Below the pieces are notes generated by a model, which had not been told where the DNA came from, did no database searches, and saw only the letters and a program-made list of their open reading frames with translations. Shown piece after piece: positions 9,643 through 18,055 of a stretch of 64,000 nt of DNA. The stretch covers positions 32,001 through 96,000 of the forward strand of contig JBDKFG010000020.1 in NCBI GenBank assembly GCA_039798785.1. Reading direction: 5' to 3'. The DNA comes from Verrucomicrobiota bacterium. GTDB taxonomy: Bacteria; Verrucomicrobiota; Lentisphaeria; Lentisphaerales; Lentisphaeraceae. The position numbers and the translations under genes are program-made. The first letter of the stretch is position 1; the number at the start of each line of letters is the position of its first letter.

Positions 9643-11064
9643 TCAGCCTCCGCAGGTTTTGGCCCCACAGGTACTTGCGTTTTCGTTCTTCTCAAGCGCC
9701 AATCCGCAGCGTCTGAGGCCGAGGAAGCCTCCTTCGAGGTTGATCAGGTTCTTGTGGCCGGCTCGGCGCAGCAGCGACAGGGCGATGACCGAGCGGTAGC
9801 CGCTCTGGCAGTGGAGATGGATGGGAGCGTCGGGAAGCTCAATCCGGCCCGCAGCGGCGCAGATCTGCGACAAGGAGAGGTGGCCGGCGCCACGGAGATG
9901 GCTGCTGGCGTATTCGCCGGGACGGCGGACGTCGAGAATACGCGGGGAGCTCTCCTCGAAGATCATCGCGAAGTCCTCGGGCTTCAGGCTCGGGCTGGTT
10001 TCGATCGGACGCTTCGCCTCGGACCAGGCTTTGAGGCCGTCCTGCAGGATGCCGCCGATCCGGGTGAAGCCGACGCGGGCGAGGCGGGACACTGCTTCCG
10101 CTTCGCGGCCGGCGGGAGCGATGATCAGGATCGGCAGATCGAGTGCCGCGGCGATTTCGGCTGCCCAGGTGGCGAAGTGTCCGTCGAGGCCGCAGAAGAC
10201 CGCGCCCGGAACGCTGCCGGCGAGGAACTCCGGCGCGGTGCGGACGTCGAGGACGAGTGACGAAGGGCTCAGGCTGGCGAATTCGGAGGCGCTCAGGGGA
10301 CGGCGGCCCTCGGCGAGGATGCGGTCCAGGGGAGGATATCCTTCGCGGTTGAGGCGGGCGTTCATCGGGAAGTAGGCGGGAGGAGGGGGGATGCCGTCGA
10401 TCACCTTGGCGATGAACTCTTCGCGGCTGGCGGCCCGCAGCGCATAGTTCAAAGTCTTCTGGCTGCCGAGAGTGTCTTCCGGCTTCGACGACAGGCTCTT
10501 GCCGCAGGCCGAGCCGGCGCCGTGGCCGGGGCGGATGACGACTTCGTCGGGAAGACCGAGTATCTTGCGTTGCAGGGAGTCATAGAGCTGGCCAGCCATG
10601 TCCTCCACCTTGCCTTCAGGTGAGACTGCGAGGTCGGGGCGGCCGACGTCGCCGATGAACAGGGTGTCGCCACTGAAAAGGCTGTCGATCCTACCCTGCT
10701 CGTCCCGCACCAGGAAGCAGCAGGATTCAGGGGTGTGGCCGGGGGTGTGCAGCACTTCGATGCTGACTTCGCCGAGCTTGATGATTTCTCCGTCCCTGGC
10801 GATGTGTGCGGGATAGGCGGGGTTGGCGCCGGGGCCGAAGACGATGCGGGCGCCGCAATCGCGGGCCAGGTCGATGTGGCCGCTGACGAAGTCGGCGTGG
10901 AAATGGGTTTCGAGCACTTCGGTGATCCGGGCGCCGCGTCTCGCCGCCAGGTCGATGTAGGCTTGCGCCTCCCGCATCGGATCGATCACGGCCGCCACTC
11001 CGGCGGATTCGATGTAGTAGGCGGCCTCGGCCAGGCAGCCGGTATAGAGACGTTCGATGTGCAT
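9643..11064 (-). CDS. MBL-fold hydrolase with two rhodanese domains (persulfide dioxygenase-sulfurtransferase, CstB-like)
   Basis: ETHFHADFVSGH, HTPGHTPE, GDTLFIGDVGRPDL, PGHGAGSACG; C-terminal rhodanese loop HCQSGYRS. Confidence 0.88.
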   Translation of the reverse strand: MHIERLYTGCLAEAAYYIESAGVAAVIDPMREAQAYIDLAARRGARITEVLETHFHADFVSGHIDLARDCGARIVFGPGANPAYPAHIARDGEIIKLGEVSIEVLHTPGHTPESCCFLVRDEQGRIDSLFSGDTLFIGDVGRPDLAVSPEGKVEDMAGQLYDSLQRKILGLPDEVVIRPGHGAGSACGKSLSSKPEDTLGSQKTLNYALRAASREEFIAKVIDGIPPPPAYFPMNARLNREGYPPLDRILAEGRRPLSASEFASLSPSSLVLDVRTAPEFLAGSVPGAVFCGLDGHFATWAAEIAAALDLPILIIAPAGREAEAVSRLARVGFTRIGGILQDGLKAWSEAKRPIETSPSLKPEDFAMIFEESSPRILDVRRPGEYASSHLRGAGHLSLSQICAAAGRIELPDAPIHLHCQSGYRSVIALSLLRRAGHKNLINLEGGFLGLRRCGLALEKNENASTCGAKTCGG

Positions 11065-11118
11065 GCTAGGTCCTTTCTGGGTTGGTCTTCTATATTAAAC
11101 GAGTATATTCGCTCGATT

Positions 11119-12834
11119 ATGACACGAACCGCTAACATACTTCGGCTTTTGCCGAAAATCCCGGTGCCCACCCGGGACAATTTTCGTCCTGACCTGATTG
11201 CCGGGCTGACAGTGGCGATGTTGATCCTGCCGCAATCGATGGCCTATGCTGAACTTGCCGGTTTGCCGCCGCACTGGGGGCTCTATGGCGCCCTGGTGCC
11301 GGTGCTGGTTGCCGGTCTTTGGGGCTCGCTTCTCGGCACCGGGCCGGTGGCGCTCACCGGACTGGTCGCGGCCGGCGTCCTCGCCGCGCACAGCGCTCCC
11401 TACAGCGACTGCCGGGTGCAGCTGATGATCCTCCTCGCCTTCCTCGTCGGCCTGGTTCGCATCTTCATGGCGATGGTCAACATGGCGGCGCTGGTCAATT
11501 TCGTCGCCCATCCGGTGGTCTCCGGATTCAGCAATGGCGCCGCCCTGACCATTTGCATCACGCAGTTGCCGACGCTTCTGGGCATCAAGGCTCAGGTGGC
11601 GACGCCGGGGGCTGGGGGTGTCCTGGGCGATGTCGGCTCAGCATTGCTGCACTCCGGCACCTGGCATCTGCCGACTCTGGCCTTCGGTCTTGGCGGCGTC
11701 GCCTTTCTCTTGGCGATGCGCCGCCTGGCGCCGAAATTTCCGGCTCCTTTGGGCCTGGCCGCCGCCTCCATCCCGATCGCCTGGGCCTGCGGCTTCGGCG
11801 GCAGCCAGGTGGGGGTCCTGCCGAAGGGGCTGCCGGATCTCGGCCTGAGCTGGAATCCCGAGCTTTGCGGCGGACGCAGCTTCTGGGAGATGGCCTGGGT
11901 GCTGCTGCCCGCAGCGATCATCGTCACCTTCATCAGCTTCCTAGAAATCCTGTCGGTGTCGAAGGCGATCAGCCTCAAGACCCGTCGTCCGATGGACCTC
12001 AACCACGAGCTGATGGGCCAAGGCGCCGCTTCCGTCGCCGGCGCCTTCGCCGGCGCGATGGTCACCTCCAGCTCCTTCTCCCGCAGCGCACTCAACGTCG
12101 CCAGCGGGGCCAAAAGTGGCATGAGCTCGATCTACTGCGCCGGCTTCGTCTCCTTGGTCCTGCTCTTCTGCACCGATGTGCTCACCCACCTTCCCAAGGC
12201 GGTCCTCGCCGCGATCATCATCGTCTCGGTCTTCAACTTGATGGACTTCGCGCCTCTCCGCCAGGCTTGGAAGGTGAAGCGTGGGGACGGCTGGGCGGCG
12301 CTGCTCACCTTCGTCCTCACCGTCGCCTTGGCTCCGGACGTCGTCCTCGCCTTCTGCGTCGGCACTCTTCTCTGCATCGGCATGTTCCTCTACAGGGCGA
12401 TGCGGCCGGAGGTGATGATCTTCGGGCGTGACTGCAATGACTGCAGCGGCGCCGCGGCGGATCTTGGACGCAGCCGCACTGCCGTCGGCCTGCGCTATCA
12501 AGGTTCGCTTTTCTTCGCCTCGATCGCTCATTTCGAGGAGAAGATCCTTGAGGCCGTCACCTGGCATCGGGAGGCCAGGCACGTGATCATCGCCGCGGAA
12601 GGGATGAACGGCATCGACGCTTCGGGGGAATGGGGGCTGCGCCAGCTCATCCTCCGCCTCAAGGACAACGGCATCAGCCTCGCCTTCGCCGGTCTCCCAG
12701 CCGCCGCCTTCGAGACTCTCAGCCGCGCCGGTCTGGTTGAACTCATCGGCGCCGAAAATTTCCATCCCGATCTCGACAAGGCCCTGCGCCATCACCACGA
12801 GAAGAGCGGCGTCACCGGGGATTTCATGATCTGA
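11119..12834 (+). CDS. SulP/SLC26 family anion permease with STAS domain
   Basis: DLIAGLTVA..LPQSMAYAELAGLP, SSFSRSALN, STAS motifs SLFFAS and IDASG. The ORF-track start (10735) overlaps the divergent gene, so the start is approximate. Confidence 0.9.
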   Translation: MTRTANILRLLPKIPVPTRDNFRPDLIAGLTVAMLILPQSMAYAELAGLPPHWGLYGALVPVLVAGLWGSLLGTGPVALTGLVAAGVLAAHSAPYSDCRVQLMILLAFLVGLVRIFMAMVNMAALVNFVAHPVVSGFSNGAALTICITQLPTLLGIKAQVATPGAGGVLGDVGSALLHSGTWHLPTLAFGLGGVAFLLAMRRLAPKFPAPLGLAAASIPIAWACGFGGSQVGVLPKGLPDLGLSWNPELCGGRSFWEMAWVLLPAAIIVTFISFLEILSVSKAISLKTRRPMDLNHELMGQGAASVAGAFAGAMVTSSSFSRSALNVASGAKSGMSSIYCAGFVSLVLLFCTDVLTHLPKAVLAAIIIVSVFNLMDFAPLRQAWKVKRGDGWAALLTFVLTVALAPDVVLAFCVGTLLCIGMFLYRAMRPEVMIFGRDCNDCSGAAADLGRSRTAVGLRYQGSLFFASIAHFEEKILEAVTWHREARHVIIAAEGMNGIDASGEWGLRQLILRLKDNGISLAFAGLPAAAFETLSRAGLVELIGAENFHPDLDKALRHHHEKSGVTGDFMI

Positions 12835-13540
12835 GATTCATCGAGATCCGGCTGCGTCCTGCTGCTTGTCCATCATCCAGGTGTCGAGCTTGCAGGTGTT
12901 CATCGAAGTGCCGACGCATCGCCGCGCAGAAGCTGTCCATCGATCCCACTTGCAGCTCCCGCAAAAGATCGCGATGCGACACCAGGCTGTCGTCCTCGAA
13001 TCGTTCCGGATGGAAATAGCCGCGGTTCTCCTCCATGAAGGGAGCGAGGATCTGCTGCAGTTGTGCCGCCAGGAGATTGCCGCTGATCTCGTAAAGACGG
13101 GCGTGGAACTCATGGTCGACCCTGATCGCCGTCTTCAGATCGCCCGGCCTCGCCTCCTCGCTCCGCACCAGTTTTTCCAGATTGGCCAGATCCTCCTCCC
13201 GGCGCCGCAGGAATACCAGCGGCGCCAGGCCGATCTCGATCACGACCCGCAGCTGAAACAAAGTCTGCCGCTGATCGCTCCCAAGCAGCGGCAGGTTCAG
13301 GATGCTGGCAAAGGAACCGGCCAAGTCCGGCTCCGCCAGGCGCAGTCCGCGACTACGCCGTGAATCGCAGAGGCCGGCGCGACGAAGCCCCGCCAAGGCC
13401 TCCCGGATCACTGCGCGGCTGACCGCAAAGCGCGCCGCCAGCTCCAATTCAGTCGGCAAGGCGTCCCCAGCCTTCAGTCCGCTGCTGCGGATGTAGGCGA
13501 TCAGTTCGGCTTCAGTCTTCCTGCTCAGGCTCGAATTCAT
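12824..13540 (-). CDS. GntR family (FadR subfamily) transcriptional regulator
   Basis: LPTELELAARFAVSRAVIREAL wHTH; FCD domain (DHEFHARLYEISGN, MRRHF). Confidence 0.92.
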   Translation of the reverse strand: MNSSLSRKTEAELIAYIRSSGLKAGDALPTELELAARFAVSRAVIREALAGLRRAGLCDSRRSRGLRLAEPDLAGSFASILNLPLLGSDQRQTLFQLRVVIEIGLAPLVFLRRREEDLANLEKLVRSEEARPGDLKTAIRVDHEFHARLYEISGNLLAAQLQQILAPFMEENRGYFHPERFEDDSLVSHRDLLRELQVGSMDSFCAAMRRHFDEHLQARHLDDGQAAGRSRISMNLRS

Positions 13541-13657
13541 GTCGGCTCCTTCTTCTCCCCCTTCAAGCTAGCTCCACCCTCCCGCCAGGAATTGTGATTT
13601 TTATGAATTTAATAATTTTATTACTTGCCAAATTTTGGATCTGGCGCAGATTTCGGT

Positions 13658-13672
13658 CTATGTCAGACATAG
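13658..13672. promoter_or_regulatory. Putative GntR/FadR operator palindrome CTATGTC-A-GACATAG
   Basis: Perfect 7-1-7 inverted repeat in the AT-rich divergent region; matches the FadR-subfamily GTM-N-KAC core. Confidence 0.7.
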
Positions 13673-13699
13673 TTTGAATCCAGAATTAAGGAGGAAATC

Positions 13700-14413
13700 A
13701 TGCGCAGGATGACCTTGATCGAAGTGTTGATGGTGATTCTGGTGATCGCGGTTTTGATTTCGCTGCTGCTGCCGGCCTTCAGCCGGGCTCGTCAGGTGGC
13801 GCAGTTGGCAGTCTGCAGCAGCAATTTGAAGCAGATCTCGACGGCGACGATGCTCTACCAGAGCAACAATCGCGGGCGCATGCCCGGCTTCCTCGGCCGC
13901 CGCAACATTGCTTGGCTCGGGCAGGACGGGACGGACTCGGCCTTGCCGAAGGCGAAGGACCGGGCTTTGAACACTTATCTGGATCCAAGCCGGAAGGGCA
14001 AGGTCGGGGCCAAATGTCCTGGCGATTTTTATTACAAGAGTCTCAGCATTTCCGCATATGAGCGTCGGGGATCCTCCTACGTCGCCAACCGTGCCGGGCT
14101 ATATCCGGGCAACAACAGCTCGCCCAGCGGCATGGAGGACACCGGCATCGGCGAGGGCACGGTGGCAGGATTGACCTACACCCGTTCGATCCTCCTCGAC
14201 CAGGTGCAGCGGCCTGGGATCATGGTGCAGCTGATGGAATCGGGGGCGGTCGACCGCATCGAAGACGCCAACAACGCGCCGAAGAATCACGAGTTCCATT
14301 ACAATCAGAAATGGGTCTTTGGCTTCCTTGATGGCCACGTCAACGCCTATGTCGCCCAGTCCGGCGTCGGCAACACCCTCGACTACAAGACGCAGAGGAG
14401 CCTGGCGCAATGA
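13700..14413 (+). CDS. Prepilin-type N-terminal domain protein with H-X9-DG-like C-terminal motif (DUF1559-like)
   Basis: MTLIEVLMVILVIAVLISLLLPAFSRAR..CSSNLKQI; C-terminal HYNQKWVFGFLDGHV; strong aaggagg RBS. Confidence 0.88.
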   Translation: MRRMTLIEVLMVILVIAVLISLLLPAFSRARQVAQLAVCSSNLKQISTATMLYQSNNRGRMPGFLGRRNIAWLGQDGTDSALPKAKDRALNTYLDPSRKGKVGAKCPGDFYYKSLSISAYERRGSSYVANRAGLYPGNNSSPSGMEDTGIGEGTVAGLTYTRSILLDQVQRPGIMVQLMESGAVDRIEDANNAPKNHEFHYNQKWVFGFLDGHVNAYVAQSGVGNTLDYKTQRSLAQ

Positions 14414-15180
14414 TCCAGCTTCTTATCATCGTGGTGGCGTTGGCCGCACTGTTCCGGGCGGTGCAGCTGCAGCTTCGCAGCCGCCGCAGCTATGTTGCGC
14501 CGCTGCATCGGCTCGCCTGGGGCCTGCTCTCCCTCGTCGGCGCCGGTCTGCACTCTTGGTTGAGCTCCCGCTCAGAGGACGAGCTCCGCGATCGCGCCCT
14601 GGCGAGTTTTTCCAGCAACCAGGAAATCAGGATCCGCCAGATCAGCGACAAGCTTTTCAACGCTTCGAAGGGACGGCGCGCCGTGCTGGTTCACTCGAGT
14701 CGCAACATGAGGGAGATGGTGCGCAGCACCGATGAAGCCCTCCGGCGTCAGCTCAGTTCCCTGGAATCGACCTACCTCGGCCCGGTCGAAGTGGCGCTTC
14801 CGGCGACTTCATGGGACCCGGTCTTTAACGCCAGAATGGTGGCCGAGGTGCAGGCCAAGATGCCTCTGGCCAGCGTCTGGATCTGCGCCGCCGGAGATCT
14901 CACCCAGGCAGATCAGGTCGCCGACAGCCCTCTCTTCGCCGCGGCGTTGGATGGTGAGGCGAGAGAGGCTCATCCTGAGTTTCCCGACATCATCCTGCTC
15001 GATGCCCTCCCGAGTGAATTCAACGTCGACCTTTTGCGCCGCGGTTGGATCAGTGCTCTCGTCCTTGCCGATCCCAATGCTCCGGCCAGCCCTGGCGGCA
15101 CCAATCCCGGCCTGGTCATCACCCGTGACAATCTCGAAGAAATCAAGAAACAACACCCCGGTCTGATTCCCGGTGTATAA
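14410..15180 (+). CDS. Hypothetical membrane-anchored protein, possibly sugar-binding-protein-like
   Basis: ATGA overlap with the pilin-like gene; two N-terminal hydrophobic segments; C-terminal LVITRDNL resembles the ends of type I periplasmic binding proteins (weak). Confidence 0.6.
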   Translation: MIQLLIIVVALAALFRAVQLQLRSRRSYVAPLHRLAWGLLSLVGAGLHSWLSSRSEDELRDRALASFSSNQEIRIRQISDKLFNASKGRRAVLVHSSRNMREMVRSTDEALRRQLSSLESTYLGPVEVALPATSWDPVFNARMVAEVQAKMPLASVWICAAGDLTQADQVADSPLFAAALDGEAREAHPEFPDIILLDALPSEFNVDLLRRGWISALVLADPNAPASPGGTNPGLVITRDNLEEIKKQHPGLIPGV

Positions 15181-15213
15181 TCATCCGGACAGGCCAGCAA
15201 CTCAGGAGATCCC

Positions 15214-16380
15214 ATGATCCCAAGCAGTCAACTCGACGCCCATGCCGACGGCATCCTCGACTTCTACCGCAAGGTCGCCGCAGCCCACCCCGGCCGCCCC
15301 TTCCCGCAGACCATCGACGACCAGGGCCGAGTCCTTCCTGACGCCCGTCGCCACCTCGTCAGCTCGACCCGCCTCTGCATCAACTTCTCCCGCGCCTGGC
15401 TGCGCTGGCAGCGCCCCGCCGACCTCGAGCTCGCCCGCCGCCTCCACGCCGAATGGCTGGAACACCGCTCGCCGCAAGGGAAATGGGCCTGGTCGATCGA
15501 GGCTGACGGCTGCCGCGACGAAGCGCCCCGCTGCTACGGCGCCGCCTTCAACCTCCTCAGCGCCGCCTGGTCGCTCCGCGCCGGCCTCTGCGGACCCGAA
15601 CTCCTCGAACGCTGCTACGCCGAGATGGAGCGCGACTTCAATCTCGGAGGCGAAGCCCTCTTCGGCGACGAACGCGACGCCGCCGGCCAGCTCCTCCCCT
15701 ACCGCGGCCAGAACGCCAACATGCACTCGGTCGAAGCTCTCCTCGCCGCCCACGCCGCCAGCGGCGACCAGAAGTATCTCGACCGCGCCAGCGCCATCGC
15801 CCGCCGCCTCGTCGTCGACCTCGCACCCCAGTCCGACGGCTGGATCTGCGAACACTACCGCCAGGACTGGTCCGCCGACTGGGATTTCCACCGCGACAAT
15901 CCCCGCGACCTCTATAAGCCCTGGGGCTTCCAGACCGGCCACCAGACCGAATGGGGCAAGCTCCTCGTCCAGCTCCGCCGCCGCCGCCCGGATGATCCGG
16001 CCTTCGCCTGGATCCTCCCTGCCGCCAGCCGCCTCACCCTCGAAGCCTGCGAAGCCGCCTGGGACGACCAGCACGGCGGCCTCGTCTACGGCCTTGACCG
16101 CCAACGCCAGACCTGCGACGACCAGAAGCACTTCTGGGTCCAGGCCGAATCCTTCGCCGCCCTCGCCCTTCTCGAACAGGAAGGCGTCAGCGCCGCCGCC
16201 CCCTGGGCCGAACGCTTGTGGAACTACAGCCAACAGCACTGGGTCATCCCCGGCCTCGGCGGCCCCTGGTTCCGCGTCCTCGAACGCAACCACGCCCCCA
16301 CCGACCGCACCCTCGCCGTCCCCGGCGGCAAGGTCGACTACCACACCGCCGGAGCGATTTTGGATGTGCTGGGGTCGTGA
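15214..16380 (+). CDS. AGE-family epimerase/isomerase (mannose-isomerase-like)
   Basis: YRGQNANMH, WGFQTGHQTEWGKLL, KHFWVQAESFAA, GKVDYH motifs. Confidence 0.88.
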   Translation: MIPSSQLDAHADGILDFYRKVAAAHPGRPFPQTIDDQGRVLPDARRHLVSSTRLCINFSRAWLRWQRPADLELARRLHAEWLEHRSPQGKWAWSIEADGCRDEAPRCYGAAFNLLSAAWSLRAGLCGPELLERCYAEMERDFNLGGEALFGDERDAAGQLLPYRGQNANMHSVEALLAAHAASGDQKYLDRASAIARRLVVDLAPQSDGWICEHYRQDWSADWDFHRDNPRDLYKPWGFQTGHQTEWGKLLVQLRRRRPDDPAFAWILPAASRLTLEACEAAWDDQHGGLVYGLDRQRQTCDDQKHFWVQAESFAALALLEQEGVSAAAPWAERLWNYSQQHWVIPGLGGPWFRVLERNHAPTDRTLAVPGGKVDYHTAGAILDVLGS

Positions 16381-16383
16381 GAA

Positions 16384-16575
16384 ATTCAAAATTCCAGATT
16401 CAAAATTCAAGAAGGAGCAAAAAACGACATGGAAGATTCAAGATTGAATATCCTGCCCTCCCATCTTGAATCTTGAATCTCCTCCCGCCCTCCCATCTTG
16501 AATCTTGAATCTTGAATCTTGAATCTCCTCCCGCCCTCCCATCTTGAATCTTGAATTTTGAATCTTGAATCTTCA
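16384..16575. repeat. Inverted heptamer tandem arrays (ATTCAAR)n ... (CTTGAAT)n with composite units
   Basis: 4+2 ATTCAAR-like units at 16384-16449, then three blocks of GCCCTCCCAT + (CTTGAAT) x2, x4, x4 up to ~16570. Confidence 0.95.
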
Positions 16576-16587
16576 AAGGAGCCCCCC

Positions 16588-17769
16588 ATGAAAATCCTCG
16601 CCGCCTCGCTCGTCCTCGCCCTCGCCTGCGCCGCCGCCGAAACCATCAAGCCCGCTGCGCCAACCGCAACAGCCGCGGCGGTCGAGCCGATCGCCATCTT
16701 CGCCGCGAAGCAGCACGGCTATGCCGGTTTCCGCATCCCCGCCCTGCTCCGCACCCAGGACGGCCGCCTCCTCGCCTTCGCCGAAGGACGCAAGAACAAC
16801 CTCGGCGACGCCGGCGACATCGACCTGGTGATGATGAGCTCGACCGACGAAGGCAAGACCTGGGGCGGCTTCACCGTCCTCGCCGACGAAGGCAAGAATT
16901 TCATCGGCAACCCCGCGCCGGTCCTCGACGAGCGCGACGGCAGCATCACCGTGCTCCTCACCTGGAAGGTCGACGGCGCCCACGAAGGCGACATCCGCAA
17001 GGGGAAACAGGCCCCGGCGATGATCTGGTCGATCCGCAGCACCGACGGCGGCAAGACCTGGTCGAAGGCGGAAGAACGCAAGGAGCTCAGCACTGAGCTC
17101 CTCGCCCGCGGCTGGCGCTGGAACATCCCCGGCCCCGGCCGCGCCATCCAGCTCAAGAATGGCGAACATAAGGGTCGCCTGGTCTGTGCCGGCAACCACT
17201 CCGGCTCCGGCGGTGAAGGCAACCGCTTCCTCGGCGGCAACAGCTTCTTCTCCGACGACGGCGGCAAGACCTGGAAGCTCGGCGCCGTCGACGCCGCCCC
17301 CGCCGAAGGCCGTCCCGCCAAGGGCGACTTCGTCTACCCCAACGAATCCACCTGCGCCGAGCTGCCCGACGGCCGCATCGTCTTCTCCACCCGCGACCAG
17401 GGCGGCCCCAGCAAGGCCAACCGCGGCATCGCCTGGAGCAAGGACGGCGGCGCCAGCTTCGAGGCCGCCTACGCCCCCGACCACGGCCTCACCGGCCCGG
17501 TCTGCCAGGGCAGCCTCCTCAGCGGCACCGACGCCGCAGGCAAGCCGGTCCTGCTCTGCTCCTTCCCGTCGGGCAAAGGCCGTGAGAAACTCCTCATCCG
17601 CCTCTCCCGTGACGGCGGCAAATCCTGGCAGGACGGCCCCCTCCTTTTCCCCGGTGCCGCCGCCTACTCCGACCTCGTCCAGCTCGCCCCCGGCCGCTTC
17701 CTCGCCATCGCCGAACTCAAGGGCTACGGCGGCATCTCGGCGCTGCCGTTTGAGATCAAAGGGGAGTAA
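16588..17769 (+). CDS. Secreted sialidase-family (GH33-like) glycosidase
   Basis: Signal peptide, FRIP motif, five Asp boxes (S-x-D-x-G-x-T/S-W/F), AAYSDL. Confidence 0.9.
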   Translation: MKILAASLVLALACAAAETIKPAAPTATAAAVEPIAIFAAKQHGYAGFRIPALLRTQDGRLLAFAEGRKNNLGDAGDIDLVMMSSTDEGKTWGGFTVLADEGKNFIGNPAPVLDERDGSITVLLTWKVDGAHEGDIRKGKQAPAMIWSIRSTDGGKTWSKAEERKELSTELLARGWRWNIPGPGRAIQLKNGEHKGRLVCAGNHSGSGGEGNRFLGGNSFFSDDGGKTWKLGAVDAAPAEGRPAKGDFVYPNESTCAELPDGRIVFSTRDQGGPSKANRGIAWSKDGGASFEAAYAPDHGLTGPVCQGSLLSGTDAAGKPVLLCSFPSGKGREKLLIRLSRDGGKSWQDGPLLFPGAAAYSDLVQLAPGRFLAIAELKGYGGISALPFEIKGE

Positions 17770-17775
17770 GGAATT

Positions 17776-18006
17776 ATGCCAGATCTCGTTCAGAATGCCT
17801 GCTTAGACTGCCGCAAGGTTTTTAAAAAACCTGATATCCCCTATGTCCATGAAGCAGAGTTAGAAAAGCGCAAGTTTTATCCATGCCCTGATTGCGGTAA
17901 AATGATGCAATACATGGGCGTTAAGTTCCGAGCTCCTCCCAAGAGAGATCTTGCAGCTTGGGACAAAATTCGCGATTCAATTCAAGCCGGTGAAAACTGG
18001 ATGTAA
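17776..18006 (+). CDS. Small AT-rich Cys-motif (zinc-ribbon-like) hypothetical protein
   Basis: CLDCRKVFK...CPDCG..M..MG..FRAPPK; RBS overlaps the sialidase stop; more AT-rich than its neighbours. Confidence 0.75.
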   Translation: MPDLVQNACLDCRKVFKKPDIPYVHEAELEKRKFYPCPDCGKMMQYMGVKFRAPPKRDLAAWDKIRDSIQAGENWM

Positions 18007-18013
18007 TTACGTT

Positions 18014-18045
18014 TTTACCCTGCAACCCCTTTACCCCGCAACCCG
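18014..18045. repeat. Short periodic repeat (16 nt x2, 8-nt periodicity)
   Basis: TTTACCCT GCAACCCC TTTACCCC GCAACCCG. Confidence 0.6.
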
Positions 18046-18055
18046 GTTCCAGCTC

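Noticed and set aside
10735..11118. N-terminal extension of SulP from the ORF track
   Set aside because: It overlaps the divergent MBL-rhodanese gene and has shadow-like composition.
16450..16575. Possible CRISPR array
   Set aside because: The intervening segments are identical or heptamer runs, not unique spacers, and there are no cas genes in the window.
16407..16697. ORF with SRFKIQD repeats
   Set aside because: Translation artefact of the heptamer array, antisense to the sialidase start.
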